Shown here: one piece after another, positions 25,101 through 40,300 of the stretch
Layout: each line of letters starts with the position of its first letter
How positions within the stretch are numbered: position 1 is the stretch's first letter
Assembly: GCA_013239625.1 (NCBI GenBank)
Contig: MU055456.1
Coordinates: 1,052,403 to 1,116,402, forward strand
Source: Lama guanicoe
Taxonomy: Eukaryota
Direction of reading: 5' to 3'
DNA length: 64,000 nt
Position numbers and translations under genes: made by a program
The notes under the pieces: generated by a model
The model's database searches: none
Told to the model about the DNA's origin: nothing
What the model saw: the letters and a program-made list of their open reading frames with translations, nothing else

Positions 25101-25806
25101 CAGGGATCTGCTGATCCTGCCAAAACATGCAAAGTGACATGAAGATTATGTCATCCTGTGCTCACTTGTCTCTACAAATATATATTATAAAGCACTAGAT
25201 TCTCTGAACCTAAACTTAATTCCTAGAAAGAATAACAGATGTGGAACAGAACATCCTTTAGTTAAACAATACAAGCAAGCAAGCTATCAAAAAGCCTCAG
25301 AGGTGTGGCCCCTAGCTTCAAACCAATCTAAGGATCTACAGGCCATAGTCTTGGTTGGTACCAACACCATTGAGTTTCTTGAACAACCATATCCATTCAT
25401 CCAAGCAGTGTACACACCAGCAATGCTGTTTAGTATCCTTGGCAACCGATCCACCAGTACTGTAGCTACCTTTCCCAAGCCTCAGCTCCGCAGGAATGGT
25501 GGTGGGTCAAGGTCAGGTTCATGGTCCAGTAACAGAGCCCCAAAGGGCATGAGAGAATGCAGGCCGGGAAAGGTGGGCAGAATTCATGCAAAAGCCTGAA
25601 CAAAGAGCCCTGAAGTGCAGAACAGTTTGGAAAAGACCAATTTGCTGCCCCCTTAGAATGTAAAGTGCTTCTCACTTTTCAACAGTTCATCAGAGACACA
25701 ATACGCCTGGAGTGAGGCAAACAAAGATGGACTGACTCATTTCAACCACAGCATGGCAAAATGGGTTCCCACAAAAAAAAAGAGAAAGCACAGATCAGAG
25801 GTGTAG

Positions 25807-25808
<2 letters not shown>

Positions 25809-25842
<34 letters not shown>
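25809..25842 (+). repeat. (AC)17 microsatellite
   Basis: Perfect AC dinucleotide run. Confidence 0.95.
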
Positions 25843-25846
<4 letters not shown>

Positions 25847-26009
25847 AGTTAGGAAGATTAGCAGGCCTCACTCTGCATCCTCTGTTTAACAGTGTGCTTC
25901 TCAGCCACTTCCACAATACTGGCCACTTCACCATCCCCAAGGAGGTGCTATGTGGGATGCAGGCCATCCACTTACCAATGGAGCACCCAGTGATTCTTGC
26001 CATTTCTTT

Positions 26010-26414
<405 letters not shown>

Positions 26415-29400
26415 CTAGGAAACAGGAGAGAGCAGAGAGTGAGAAACAGGGAGAGCACCCCACAGAGAGAATGGAGGCCCTTTCCTTGAGGCTGCTATCA
26501 GTGTGACGATGGTTACTAACACTAAATCAGCACAGATCCCAAAGTCGGATGGGAAAACAAAAGCTTAAGTGTGCTAGAGCGGCTGGCTGGGACTCAGCCC
26601 GGTGCTGCGTTTAGAGGCCCTGGATTAATACGATCCTTTTTTTTTTTCTTTAAAGATAGGAGGGTATGTATTTTCTTCATTTTAATTTTACCGAAATAAA
26701 ATTATTTCATTAACTGCAAAAGTGGTTTTGAAAACATCACATGCACAAATGTTCTCTTTGATTAGCCTGTCACAAAGCTTGTCGGAATTAAGAAAGGCTT
26801 GGTGACAGTCAGCCAAGTGTAAGAAAAATCACACCCTACGCAAGCTCATTAATGTACTCCCTCCTTTCCGCGCTGAGGGGGCACAGTTGTCAGCATGAAA
26901 AGCCCTTCCCCCACTGTAATGAACTCCATGTTTGCTCACTACATGAATGGATACATCTATTCATTCTTCCAGATCAAACCTGTTTCCCTTTGAATAATCC
27001 CAATTCTGTGCATCCACTTGTCAATCATGTACTGAGCACCAACTCTCTGCCAAGCGTTAGGGAGACAGCGAGGGCTCAGCCTTTGCAGGTTTCCATCCTG
27101 AGCCTAACAGCCTCCCAGGCACTCAACCTCAGGCCACAGAACTACTTCTGTTTTTCCCTACATCCAACTGGTTGGAAGCCTGATTTGCTCTAGTTTGATG
27201 AGATCTCTTGCGTTCGTCCTCTGGGTCCAATGCCACTCCTACCGCCCCAATCCAAGACTCACCTGGCTTGCCATAAACCTACCCACTTGGGCATTTCTGC
27301 CTTCCTGGTCTGTGTACAATATACACACCACTGTCAAGTACACGTCCTTGTGTAAAAACCCAATTCTCAGACTAGGATTGACAACTTCCAGCTGAAGCCC
27401 AAAATGAGCAAAGGCTTTCCCCCAAATGCCAGAAACACCGAGGACTTTTAAAAATAAATGCTCAAGAAAGTAAGGAGATTCCTGCTCAGGGCCCATGGAG
27501 ACACACTCAGGGTTCTCCACAGGACCAGGGGGTTGGGGAAGGGGCCAGGAGGGCTCAAGCAGCAGGGGCGCAGCTGGCCTAGGGCCTGGCAAGAAGTCCC
27601 CAGAGGACCATGGCTTATGTGAGTCACGTGTGCCTTACGAGAGCCTCCATTCTAACAAGATGAGAAACACTTCTGAAGTTTTCACCTTTATTCCCCCAGC
27701 CCAGCGCACAAGGCCCAATATAATAAATATTCATTGAATCAATGAAGACTCTTTCTAACCCTGAGTTCTGTGTTCTCCTGTAGTCCAAGACTAGGATTCC
27801 TGCAGGACAAGACAGCCTCCATCTACCTCAGCTTGTGATGGTTCTCCATAAGTCAATCATGAGAAGTAAACACTCGCCGCCTTCTCTTCCCTAGTGGTAT
27901 CTGTGACAAGGACAGACTGACCCTTTAGAGAGAACGTGGGTTTGGGAAATGGGGCCCCCACTCAAAGACTATAAATTCTAGTCCCAACCAACACCAAAAA
28001 CCAAAGACACTTGAAGCATCAAGTTCAGATCTACTCAGAACAAAACAAGGTTCAAAAGACTAACAACATGAAAGAATGCTTATCTTTCTTGGAAAATGAC
28101 AATGAGAAGCCCAGGTAACTAATCAGGTCCTGCCCAGGTCATATCAGCCCCTAAACAATCTAGCATCAGTCCCTAAAGAAGGGAGTCACAAACAAGGGTG
28201 GTGGTGGCAGAATCTGATGCTTTCTGAGGTTCTTCCAACTCTGAGAAACTGTTATGTCATCAACGATACCAGAAAAATCTTAGGACAGAGTAGGGGTTGG
28301 AATTTCTTCACTCCTAATCCTTAGACATTAAGTCTTTCAATCCAGAGCCTCTGTTTCTGAAGAAATGTCTGGCATATTGTTTTTTTTTCCTTCTCTTTTT
28401 CTGGACAAGTCCTTCTCATCTTCAAAACCCAACTTGAAAGTCACCTTTAGGCAAATGACTATAATGAAAGCTTTCTCTTTCCTCTAACACTCAGAACTGT
28501 GTTAATTTGCACTTCACGATATGTTATTCAACAAACCTCTAATAAATGCAAACTATATTTAAGTTCATTCTGTAGGCACCAAACATTAAACATGCAGAAG
28601 AACACGACCCTAATTCCAGGTAGCTTAGAGATTTGTGTGAAACACACACGTGCGCATGCATGCACATACACGATATCCAACGTTCTTTTTTGGTAACAGG
28701 TATCAACCATGAGCTCTGGTACCAAAGAAGAGAGAATCATTAACAATGTTTCAAATAATCTTAAATCTTTTCACATGTGAACCATTGGCTTATGTGAGGA
28801 CTGGACTTCTCTCCACATTCATTTCAGACCATCAGATAATAGAATTCTGTCCAGAAAAGGCAGTCAAATACTGTTTAGCACTACATTTCTTTAAAAGGCT
28901 GTCTTTCAAACTTGCTAAATGGTGCAAATCCATTAGCTTTATGCAAACAGTCACCCAGGAACCACTGTCATAAAGCCTTCTGCTTCGTATTTGAGAAAAA
29001 CAATAAAGAAAAATTTAATAAGCAAAAGCATATCCAGAATAACTTTAGAACTTATGCACGCCTACAGGGGAAAACAGTGAATGTGACATTATGTTATACC
29101 TCCCATCAGTGGCAAATAGCTCAGATGGCTCATCTAGATTCTGCTTTTTAAGGAAAACACTAATAGCACTGATCATTGAGTACTTCGAGGTAAGAGAGGC
29201 AAAGCATGAAGGCAGAACACAGTATGTCTAATTGTTCTACTTGGTATAAGAACAAATATGAGGCTCATGGATAAGGTTACACATTCAAAAAAGACGACTG
29301 CCAGTGTGCCTTAGAAAACCAAGAAAAGTGAGAAGCGAGTCCACTGCAGGACAGAAAACAGCCGCAGGGTCAAGATGCCCAGAGTGAGATAGAGATTTAG

Positions 29401-31249
29401 AGAACCGAGACTTTTTTCCCCCTAGCAATAGAAGCTAATTTAAGGGAAACAGGAAAAGTTTTGACAGCAAAATGAGAAGTGAAAATAAGTCCACTTCAAC
29501 AAATCAGACAAAAGAACTAGGCTTTTGGTGGCAGTGATGAAGAGAGAATTATTTGCATGAGGGCTCTGCTTCCAGAAGTGGAAAAGAGAAGCAAATTCAA
29601 TGTATTTAATGAGGACCTAAAACATGCAGGAGAGGAGAGGAATTCAGGGGGAAAAAGAAAATCATCATGTCCTTATGGGGCTCCCAAGCTCAGAGCCCGG
29701 CGGGAGAGGCAGACACAGTGAGTCAACACAGCACAGAAACACGGGCAGGAGTCTGGGTCGGATTAAAAACAAGTGGGACCAAGAGAAATCAGGCGGCCTG
29801 GAAGAAGAGAACGAGGGCAAGAATTCAGGTCATGAGAAAGGTCAAGGGCGGGATCACCAAGTGTGAAAGAAGGGAAGACGTAGAGTGGAAAGCTGGGGTC
29901 ATGGAAGACAATACTCAAGAATTGGCACTTAGAGTGAAGGCAATGCGCTTGGCTCCCCGGAGGCTCCCAGCCAAGCTCTACTGAAGAGTGTCATGAGGGG
30001 TGAGGCAAGATGGCACCCACTCATGAGACCAGAATGTCATCAAGGTGCAGTGGATGTTTCCAAGGAGGATGGCAAGGAGTGAAGGCAGGACAATGAGGCC
30101 GCAGCTGACCACTAAGGAGAGAGGCAGTGTGGCCAAAATACTGGAAGATTTTAGGGTGAGCATATAATCTATTTCTAAACCTGGGGCACCATTAATAATT
30201 ATATCAGGACCACAGGCATAACCCAAGATGATGGCCACCCTAGTGGATTTTGAGACTCTAGTAAGGATGAGAAAATGGCAGTATTGGCAGGTGAGGGGAT
30301 GCCCTTTACACGAGGCAGGAGTCTGCAGTGAGAAAGAGTAAAAGATCAGCATGTAGAAGAAAATTTCCAGAACACTGATAATTAGAAATAAGATCTATTC
30401 ACATGAAAGCAGTTGAAAGTAGACCCTGACCTTCATCAAGAGTCACAGAGTATGGAAAGAATTCTATTTCTGACACAGAATGTTCACTCTTCTATGATCA
30501 AGTCCTCTAAATGGTCAAAATGGTTTCTCTCTGCCTCATCACCAGGCAGATGTTAGAGTAAAATATGGAATTTTCCCTTATAAAATACAAACGATAACTT
30601 TCTTTTTAAGGAATGAATAAATAGAGCCTTAAGTGTACTGTACTCCAACCTCTATGTTCTGCATTATCTTGGGTTAGCCAAGATATCTCAGAGAGAGGAG
30701 GAAGCGAGCAAACTTGGGTCATCTGATACTTAAGTGGTCCACTGGTAATAAAAACTCTGGGTCTTAGTTTCTTGATTCAAAGGAAAAGAGGTTCGAGGTG
30801 TGAAGAGCAACACAACTGCTGGTGGTGGTTGTTGTCATTACTAGGGGCTGGGCCCAGAGACCTCGAGGGGTAATGAGGCTGGAGAAGCGTCTTAATTAAG
30901 CACATATGCATTTGTCATGTGACTCAGCGCCATCCTCCTGTGAACCGCCCCCCTTCCTTGGGCAGCAGCTCACTCACTTGGAGGGCCCAGGGAGGGATGC
31001 TCAGGCCCCAGGGTGTGTCTGAGGAGGGAGGCCTGGCCCAGACCTCAATGTCATGCCTTAGTCTGCTTCCTCCTGCCAGAGGGGCCCTGGGGAATGTGGC
31101 CCAGTGAGCTCTGCCGTGTCTGCCTCTCATTTAGGCACTTCCAGTCTTTAGAAAAGACACACTTGCCACCTGGCTTGTAAATTGTAAAACCTGGCTACAA
31201 CCTCATCTTGGGCTCTATGCTGTCAAGAGTGCAAAGCAACATCTTAGAC

Positions 31250-31564
31250 CAGTGTTTCTCAAAGCTGGCCGCGCATTTAACATCACTTGGGGCTATACCC
31301 CATACCAATAAAATTGTAATTCCCGGGGGTTGAGACCAAGAAATCAGTGCTTTTTAAAGGTCCCTAGGTCCTTCCAATGTGCAGGCTGAGAATTAATGAT
31401 TTAGATCAGTGCTTCTCAAATGCTAATGTGCATACTATCCACTTGGGGATCTTGTGAAAATGCCGATTCAGATTCAACAGGTCCGGGGCTGATGTGAGAG
31501 TCAGCATTTCTAACAGGCTCCCAGATGATGCCAATGCTGCTAGTCCACACTTTGAGTAGCAAGG
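31250..31564. mobile_element. Two adjacent MER5-family elements (about 31250-31400 and 31407-31564)
   Basis: Both start cagtg(t/c)ttctcaaa; the second contains gcatttctaacaggctcccagatgatgccaatgctgct...cacactttgagtagcaagg. Confidence 0.7.
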
Positions 31565-31569
31565 TTCTC

Positions 31570-31700
31570 AAAAATGGTAAGCTCCTTGAAAACAAGAAAT
31601 CTTATTTTTATACCTCTGTACCCACCAAACACCTAGCACAGTGCCTGGCAAGTACGGGTTATGAATAAATATTGGCTGAATGGGTGACGTGATGGATGGC
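31570..31700 (+). mobile_element. L2 3' end fragment
   Basis: taagctccttga...cacctagcacagtgcctggca...aataaatattggctgaatg, the L2 3' terminus. Confidence 0.7.
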
Positions 31701-32924
31701 CCAATCTCCCCACAGGCTGCTAATCTACTTCTCTCAATTTTCAAACATTAGAAGTCAAGTCAAGTTGAAGGAGGAAGAGGCAGGTCTAGATTAGCTACCC
31801 AAGAAAGCTTCACCTGTACAACCAGGTTTATTGGTTGGTCTGTACTGAATTTATTAATTTGTTCATATTTGTGGTAACAACTTAAAAGTACCTTCAAAAG
31901 GGAGGCCACATTTTCTCAGACATCATAAGTGCCCTATTTGAGTTCGGACAGGAATATATAGCTCAGAAATCAACACATCAAAACAAAAAAATGGACAGAT
32001 GAAAATGGCTTCACCTGCTGGTCCAAATGAAAAAGAAAGGCACTCTGCCTGGCCACTTCTCCTGGTGGTTAGCTGTCCCCACACTCCCTAGTACCAATTT
32101 CCCCAAAATTATCCAGCGTGGCTGTTTTTCACGACCTTCTCTGATGACCGAAACAGTATTAGAGGAGAAAGTGAGTGTTGTAAGACTTCAGTGTGGCTGT
32201 CAAGTGAGCCCCTGAGTGCCCAGAGGGGGTCTCACACCCTCAGCATCCCACCAGCAGTATGAAAAGTGCTGTTTAATATTTCCTAATGAACGCCTTTTGC
32301 ATGGAGCTTCAGGGGGGCTGCTGAGAGAAAGCTTCATGGAACCCGGAGCCCAGGAGCACTCAGTTCTGCCTCTGCTTGTTAACACCTCCCCAAGAGATGC
32401 AATTATTCTGCACGGCTGGGATTTCTGCTCAGAATTTCCAATGTCCCATAAGTCAGTTACTAGAGCAGGCTCATCAATGTCATGGTTTATGAGGTAACAG
32501 GAAAAACGAGAACTACAGTCTATCGCAATGTCACAAGAAATGCCTGGAAGATCATAGTTAATGAGGGGAGCCGAGGAGACAGTCCCAGGGACGAACCCAC
32601 TCAACAAAATGTCACAGCGCAAACATCCACATCCCAGGGCGGGTGAGGGTGAGATTTAGGTGGCCATTCACTGTTCTGTGGTACTGGGAAGGCATGACCT
32701 CAAAGAGATCATCTACTGACCGTATTGGGCGAGAGCTTACAGGCTCTGCTGTACTAACTTCTGACTTTTTCATTTTACATGTTGAATAGCTGGTAACAAA
32801 AAATTGGATGAGTAACACACAAAAAGCAGTAATCAAGCTTCCTCTTGGTCATGTCCATATTAATTGAAACACGTACTGATGCTTGCAAACTGTGCTCAGA
32901 AATGAAGCCATGTCTTCTACAAGC

Positions 32925-33732
32925 TACCCATACCATACCTCGTGTTCTCCTGCTTCTTCATACACCTGGTAATGTGTGGCTGTATATCCTCAGTGACCGT
33001 GCATGCTACGCTGCAGAGGGACTGGATTTTGCTGTCTTCCTTACAAGAGTGTGGCGCTTCGTTCAGGTGGGCATGTCACTTGCAGATCAGCCTGCCCAGT
33101 CACAGCCTGGTTTCAGGCTTCATTAGGATGGGTCTAGGGTATTGTTATGGCTGACTGTTCTGGGTTCTCAGTTGGATGCCAAGTGTGTTCAGCAAACTTT
33201 TTCTATTCTGCTTGGCCAGAACTCCAACATCTCCATTCACTGGTGACCTCTGGGATATCTACTCAGCTCATAGCCCACCCACACGCCCCCTGCCTCCCAG
33301 ATTCATTTTCTGCCGGGCCTGGTGGAGTCTTGCCCTGTTGATACACAGCTTAGTATTTGGCCAAAGATTTCAGGGAGCCCTATATATAGACTTCTGGAGC
33401 TCTCTCTTTGCACAGCTTGCTCCTCTGCAATTCCCTACCCTGAAAAAGTCCATCCACCTCAGCAGCCCTGAGGTACCATCCCTGTTTCCTCTATCCAACA
33501 AGCCTTCTGCTCTCTGTTTGGGCTCCAGTGCCCTGTGCTGCAATTTAGAAAGGACCCCCAGGCAAAAAGCCAGGGTTTACGTGGAACTCACTTTACACCT
33601 CCCTTCTCTCAATGCTCTGCATTGTCCAATGTCTAAAAATAGCTGGTTCATGTATTTCGTCCAATTTTAAAGTTGTCCATGGCAGGAGGGTAAGTCTAAT
33701 ATCCTGTACTCCAACATGGCCGCAACCAGAAG
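32925..33732 (-). mobile_element. Ancient LINE-1 5'-region fragment (L1ME-like)
   Basis: Resembles old L1ME 5' ends, finishing ...ggagggtaagtctaata...tactccaacatggccgcaaccagaag; recognised by eye. Confidence 0.5.
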
Positions 33733-35884
33733 GGATATTCTCACTTTAAAAGAGTGTGTCTTTAATTAGAGTGAATTTATTTTATGCTAGATGTAATAGG
33801 ACTTTCAGCTTTCTTTAAAAGTCTGAGCTATTTCAAGGTCTAATTCCCAAAAGAAATCCTAGAGAAAGAATTTCTGAAATGAAGATACATGCAAGGGTTT
33901 TTAATTATCTTGGAGTTTCCTTTACTCGTCATATATACCTTTCTCTACCAAGGAAGGTGGAGAATTCCCGAAGAAAAAGTAGAGTCCATCTTTATACGGA
34001 AAAGTTAAATATATGCATTTAAGTTAGTGCCACCCAATCTTTTCCAGGTAACAGCACACACATAAAATGATAATGTTTAGATGACAGGTGGCCGGAGGCC
34101 TAACATTGTTGGAGGCCATCAATCCAGAGTGGGGGTCCCACCCACCTAAGGCCCTTCGCATCCACCCAGGAGAGCTGGGGGTGGGGTGTCACTCTCCTAT
34201 ACTCCTATAACCCAATCAGAGCACATGGGTTAGGAAATGTTACAGAAGTAACCTCTGAGTCCAGATGTCACTAAGAAATGAGAAAAAAGCTGAAACCAAA
34301 TCTCAGTTCCCAGAAAGAGAACAGAGCTTTCACAGGCATGATGAGAGGCAGGCAGACAGGAATCAGGAAGGCCTGAGGGGATTTTCACAGGAGACAACCC
34401 AGAGCAGAACCCCCAAAGGCCTCGGTGCTCACAGCTTATTTCCCTCCCAGAAAAAGATGCTGTTACCTGGAGCCTCGCCAGAGAACAGCACCCAACAGAT
34501 GCTGCCATACTGGCCCAACTCCAGGGTCACCATTCACATTGGACGTCTCCTGGAGCTGGGGACGTGGCTGTATAGTTTGTCACAACAATTATACAAGAAT
34601 TGCTTACTGATTTCATTCTTTCATTTGCAGCTTATACAATCTGAAGTCTCAGGAAATGTTTATACTTTTAGCCTTTTTTCTAACAGTAGAATGAAAGACT
34701 TTATACCCCCATAAATCTATTTCAAAAATCAGTAATCATGTGAAAAGGAGGTGTTTGCAGGGAGGGCCTTTCCTGTGTACTTGTAATCTGGCTCTAAGAA
34801 TGATCAGAGGCGTGAACATGTGAGGGCACATGAATAAGTCATATACAAAATGTCAATCACCAAGGTAGCATTATTGCATTTTTGGGGTCCTTTTAAATAT
34901 AATCAAGTAGGTGAAATTATGTAACAATATGTCTTCATAGAGACTTCTCACTTTTGACTTGTTACGTCATTTATGTTGAGAAGATCACTTAATGCTTTAT
35001 TTTAGAAGCTGTTTCTAATGGCGCCTTCAGCTCATCCAAAGCTTATGGCTAATTGCATAATTTACTTTTCAAGGCTGTGCATCCTACAGCTGAGTGTTCA
35101 TTTTCATTCATGTTTAGAGAACTATATTGATCCTGCATCCAAATACATGCTCTTCTTCCATTAAAAGGAGAGTAGATATAATAACAAATCATTTTCCTTC
35201 ATTACAAAGACACTGGAATTTATAAAGCATCTTTCATTATGTTTTAAGAGATGTTCTTAGCTCCTACACCACGTCTAGGAGACACACGAAGGCTGTAAGC
35301 GTGAAGGCAGGGGAGTATCTTCATTTCGCAAATAAGCACTGGAAGGAATAAGAAGTGAAGGGCACAGCCATGGTCATTATGAAGAACATCTGAGTGCAGC
35401 AGCTACTGGTCAGTTCTTACCTTCTATCTCCCTTTTTCACGAAACAAATCTACATTTCTTTTAAGACTATTAGGCAAATTTATTCCTTGGCAGAAAAATT
35501 TGTTTGGAGTCTCTTCCTCTAGACACAGTAAATTTAGCTTCCAGGCCTGGGCAGTGAGTGAAATATACAATTCCCAGGTCAAATCCTGGTCCTCAGGCCG
35601 CTCAGCTGAGTCCAGGCCTGACTGGTGGAGTGAAGCTTCATTTGTTCGCCACCTTGGGGAAGAGGGGGTTTAGGGGTACAGAGGTGGGGTGCAGGGAAAG
35701 GCTCTGCTGCGGGGGGAGTTCACGGTCTTGTATTACAAAGTATATTCCCAGGAAGACTCAGAACGAAACCAAGGTCCTTGAAATTCATGCAATTACGTAT
35801 CAAGCAATTATTTACTTAACACCAGGGCTCAGCTGGCCTTGTAAGAAACACAGATCAACCAACCACATTCTCTCAACAGCATCT

Positions 35885-36229
35885 TTGCAGAGCAAAAGTT
35901 TTTAATTTTGCCAAGGTCCGATGCAGTAGGTTTTTCTTTCATGGATTGTGCTTTTGGTGGTATGTCTAACAAGTCTCTTCTCTTATATTTTTATAAATAA
36001 CTTTTTAATGTCTTATGTTTTATATGCAGCTCTGTAGTCCATTTTGAGTTCATTTTTGCATAATGTGTTAGATTTAGGTTAGGGTTCTTTTTTTTTTTTT
36101 TACCTATAAATGTTCAAGTTGTACCAACACCTGTTACTGAAAAGATTATCCTTTCTTAAATTTTCTTTGAACCTTTATTGAAAATTAATTGGCTGTATTT
36201 TTATAGGTCTGTTTCTAGACATTCTATTT
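35885..36229 (-). mobile_element. Old LINE-1 ORF2 fragment, bounded by a MER58 insertion
   Basis: agagcaaaagtttttaattttg...ttgtgcttttggtg...tccattttgagt...gaaaagattatccttt are antisense L1 ORF2 motifs. Confidence 0.65.
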
Positions 36230-36541
36230 CAAGGGCCAGCAAACTACAGTCCATGGACCAAATCTGGCCTGCCACCTATTTCTGTACAGTCTTCATGCTA
36301 AGAATAGTTTTTACATTTTCAAATGCTTTTTAAAAATCGAAAGAATAATATTTCAAGGAATATGAAAATGACAGGAAATTCACATTTAAGTGTCCATAAA
36401 TAAAGTTTTATTGGAACTCAGCCACACCCATTCATTTCTACCAATGACTGCTTTTGCATAGTTGAGATAGATCCTGTATAGCCCATAAAACCTAAAACAT
36501 TTACTCTCTGGCCCTTTACAGAAAAAGTTTGCTAAGCCCTG
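36230..36541 (+). mobile_element. MER58B-like hAT-Charlie DNA transposon
   Basis: Termini caagggccagcaaact... and ...tggccctttacagaaaaagtttgctaagccctg; internal aataaagttttattggaa. Confidence 0.8.
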
Positions 36542-37162
36542 GTCTAGGATAGGAGGATGCTTATATACATCCATGTAGAATCTCAGGGGTTCTCTGAATG
36601 CCACTATAAAAGAAATACTGTAAGGACAGAAGCTTTAAATAGAACCTCTGAAAGCCCTGAGGAAGACAGAAAAGGAATGCATTTAATAGCCAGGTATCCT
36701 TTCCAACTAGGACTCAAATATAAAAGCCCTAAGTAAAACTATTCTTAAAAGGATGAATTTTACTGCACTATGTAGTCAACTATAAAATGGGGAAAATTTT
36801 AAGTCTAAAAGGTATTTATTTTTAATGACATTTTCTTAAATATCTCTGTAAGTCATAAACTAAGAAAAAACAGTTGTAATGTGAAAGATGGCAGGTTAAT
36901 GTCATGAATATATGGTATTTTTATAAAAATCAATTGGAAAATGACACATAAATTTTTCAACTTGAATCATTCTTTTAAAAGGCAAACACCTAACAGATTA
37001 GCAGAGATTAGAAAGAATGATAATATCCAGGGATGACAAGAATAGGGAAACATTCTCATACAATCCTGGGGGGAGACTAAATTGGCACAATCTTTCAGAA
37101 CATCATTTAAATGCCTTTAAAAGACACTGAGGCAGCAATGCATTTAGCAATTATCATCAGGA

Positions 37163-37360
37163 AATAATAACAACTGCTGACATTTATACAGAATATACTA
37201 TAAGCCAGGCATTCTAAGTGCTTTACCTCCTTTAACTCATTTAATCTTTACAACACCAGGAGGTAGGTACTGTTATCCCCATTTCACAGATGTGGAAACC
37301 AAGGCACAGAGAGAATGAGCAGCCCACCCAAGGCTACACAAGTAGTAGAAAGTGGCAGAA
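37163..37360 (-). mobile_element. MIR SINE, apparently inserted in an old L1ME 3' fragment (about 36980-37745)
   Basis: MIR core: atttaatctttacaac...gtaggtactgttatccccatttcacagatgtggaaaccaaggcacagaga. Confidence 0.75.
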
Positions 37361-40300
37361 ATAATTACGTGTACATGGATTTACAAACAAGGTGATGACT
37401 ACATGCAACATGGTCTAAAATGCAGAAAAATTAGAAACAAGCAAAACATAAAAGAGGATTGCAGTGCTCCATACATTAGGATGCTAAGGAGCCATTTAAC
37501 CATGCTGACAAAGCTAGGCATGATATATCTTGGACAAAGAGGATTACAAGAGTGCATATGATATGATCTTATTTTTACTTCAAACTATAATTGTGTGTGT
37601 GTGTAAAAAGTCTGGAAGAATATACCTCAAATATTAAGAGCAGTATCTGAAGGTGGTGAGGTTATGGGTGATTTTGACTTTCCTTTGTATTTATCTATTT
37701 ATCTGCTTTCTTCTCATTCATTCTCCAAGAATAAGTATTACTCACATAATTTTCAAGTATTACTTAAAAGTGTATCCCATGGCACTTTCCATCTCAGAGA
37801 AGTATATTCTAATAAAATGCAAAGGTGAATGGAAAGAGCTTTGAGATACTTTAATAAGACAGGGGCTACACAACCATAATGAATTACTTTCATCCTAAGA
37901 AAAGTTCAAATAAATAATAAAGGGGAATTTCAGGGAAACCGCTGACGTGCTGACCTTAATTTCAGGAGAGTTCAATATACCAAGAAAGAACTTCCAGGTA
38001 AGGGGCGTTTGTCTTTTCCTTTTCCTATCATAACTTATCATAGCAATAACTATAATTTAACGTTCATATTTCTAAAACACTTTCAGCCACAACATCTCAT
38101 TTAATTCTCAGAACAGTCCTCTCAAAGTAGTACAAATAGAAAGCTTGGAAATAGAAAACAGGAAGAGTTTCTCTAATTCCTTAAGACACCTGCAGAGTTT
38201 TCTGCGTGTTGCAGGAAAAAAGTATCCCAAGATGTTCTGGCAAGAACTACTAATGCCCTGCCACTAAAGCACAGGACTCAGGAGAGAGATGACAATTAGG
38301 TTGAACAAACACAGGGTCCCTTTAGCCAGTTTTATATAATTTGAGAAGGCACACAAGTCTGGGGATTTGTATCAACTGCGAACTCATCTGTCTTTGAGAA
38401 ATCTGCAATCATCAAAATTTGGGGGTGGCAATGTTTTGACTGTCAACTGGTAAACTAAAGGGAAATTGTCTCCCACCGCAAGTCTGACTTTTCCCATCCT
38501 CAACTGTGTCTCTGTGATGGGAAACAAGCTCAAGAGGAAGAGTTTTGATCAGATACACTTATGGTGCCTGGAATCTTCCCATCTGTCCTGGTGTCCTGGT
38601 TACTTTAAAGAGGAAGATAAAACAGCAGCAAATTGTATTCCTTGGGGTTTCTAACACTCTAAGGAGGAGACAGACTGTGACTGCTGTCCTCAGTAAGGAC
38701 AGATGCAGTCTAACAAGGCAGGCTATACTGCAAGAAATGCATCCTAGGACATAAATGACTCATTTGCTGAATGCTGACATTTTTCAAACGTGTGTAAACC
38801 TAGAAGATCCCAGACTTATGCTTAACTTCTTCATTCACTCATAAAACACGTCCTTCTAATGGGTCTGTCAGCGTGTCATCATTTTCAGGGTGACACCTGC
38901 TAATTTACTCCTCACCCCTGAAACCACATTTAATCCTACATTTTAGCTCTGCTAAAAGCTTCAGCAGTTCAGAGAGAAAGGGCCAAGGCCAGCAATCCAT
39001 TTAGCTGATTGGCTTTCTTATACCAAGCCGGGACACTTTCTCAAGACTCCTAAAGCCACTTCTCTGTGAGGAAACATTCTTACTTCCTGTGGGGTGGGCA
39101 GCAAGGAGATTTGGAAACATTTTTCTCATGAATAAATATTACAATTAATGAATTTATGGGAAGGAGGCAGGAAGGGAAAATAAACATTAGAACAAACAAA
39201 AACTCTATCATTGTAGAATGACTTAGGAAGGAGCTCAGGATTTCTACCCTCCCTCCCTCCTTCCTTCCTTTTTTTTTCATGGTAACAGCAAACAGAAAAC
39301 TAAGTGATACCCGGGTCCTGAAGATAAGAGGAAGGCAAAATAGGCGGGGCATGGGAAGAAAGCAGAAGAAAACAGTGGGAGAAGAGGGCTTTGGGCACAA
39401 GAAGAACCAATGTCAGCCCTGAGCTGAGCGCATAATCTGATTCCCTAGCATTCCATTTTTGTAGTAGTGACGATGGAATCAGAAAGTCCTGGTTGATCCT
39501 GACTCCAAGAGATCAGAGACATGGACACTAAAATGTCTGAAACGGATGAGGGGGATGGCGTGGTCATATTGTTTTCCTGATAAAGTAATGAAAATGCCAT
39601 TAATCTAGAAAGAAAACCCCAGGCACTTGCCCTAGATATCTCTAGTAACAAGGTGTGACTCAGTAAGTAGGCAAGAGTCACCTCGGGGAGTGACCGAACC
39701 ACACCTACCACAAGCATCTGACAGCCCCACAGGAAACAGCGCAGTCCCGCCCTGCCAGCCCCCACATTCAGGGTCAGGAGATGCCTCTGCCGGCTCTGCT
39801 GCTGACTTGCTCTGAGTCCCTTGGGAAAATCACTTACAGGCTCTCCTGTTCCTCCTTTGTGATCTGGACCGAACACCCATGGTCCTGCCTGACTCCCAGG
39901 GCAGCTATGAGGATGCACTCGGGGACACGTGAGGAATAGGAGGGGTGCTGAAGGGTCCTGGGCTCTTGCTGCCAGTCACCCAGAAGGGACCTGTGTTGGG
40001 ATGCTATGGTCCTGCAAGTCTTTTGAGCTATTATTAAGGTAAAGGCTCAACCATCGCCTGGGAAAGTGGGGAGGGAAACATGCTGTGGGAGAGATGGAGG
40101 AAGCTGGTGAGTTAGTATTCAGTCCTAACTCCACCCTCACAGCAGGTCTAGATCCAGATATTTGGAAATTCCTAGTTGGTATTTTTTCGTAGTGGTGACC
40201 TTATACTACTTCTACCTTTAGCTACTCCTCTGGGTTCCCTCTTTGCGAAGCGCATAGATTGGTTTTCTTCCCTGACTATCAACACTGGCTCCTTCTCCGT

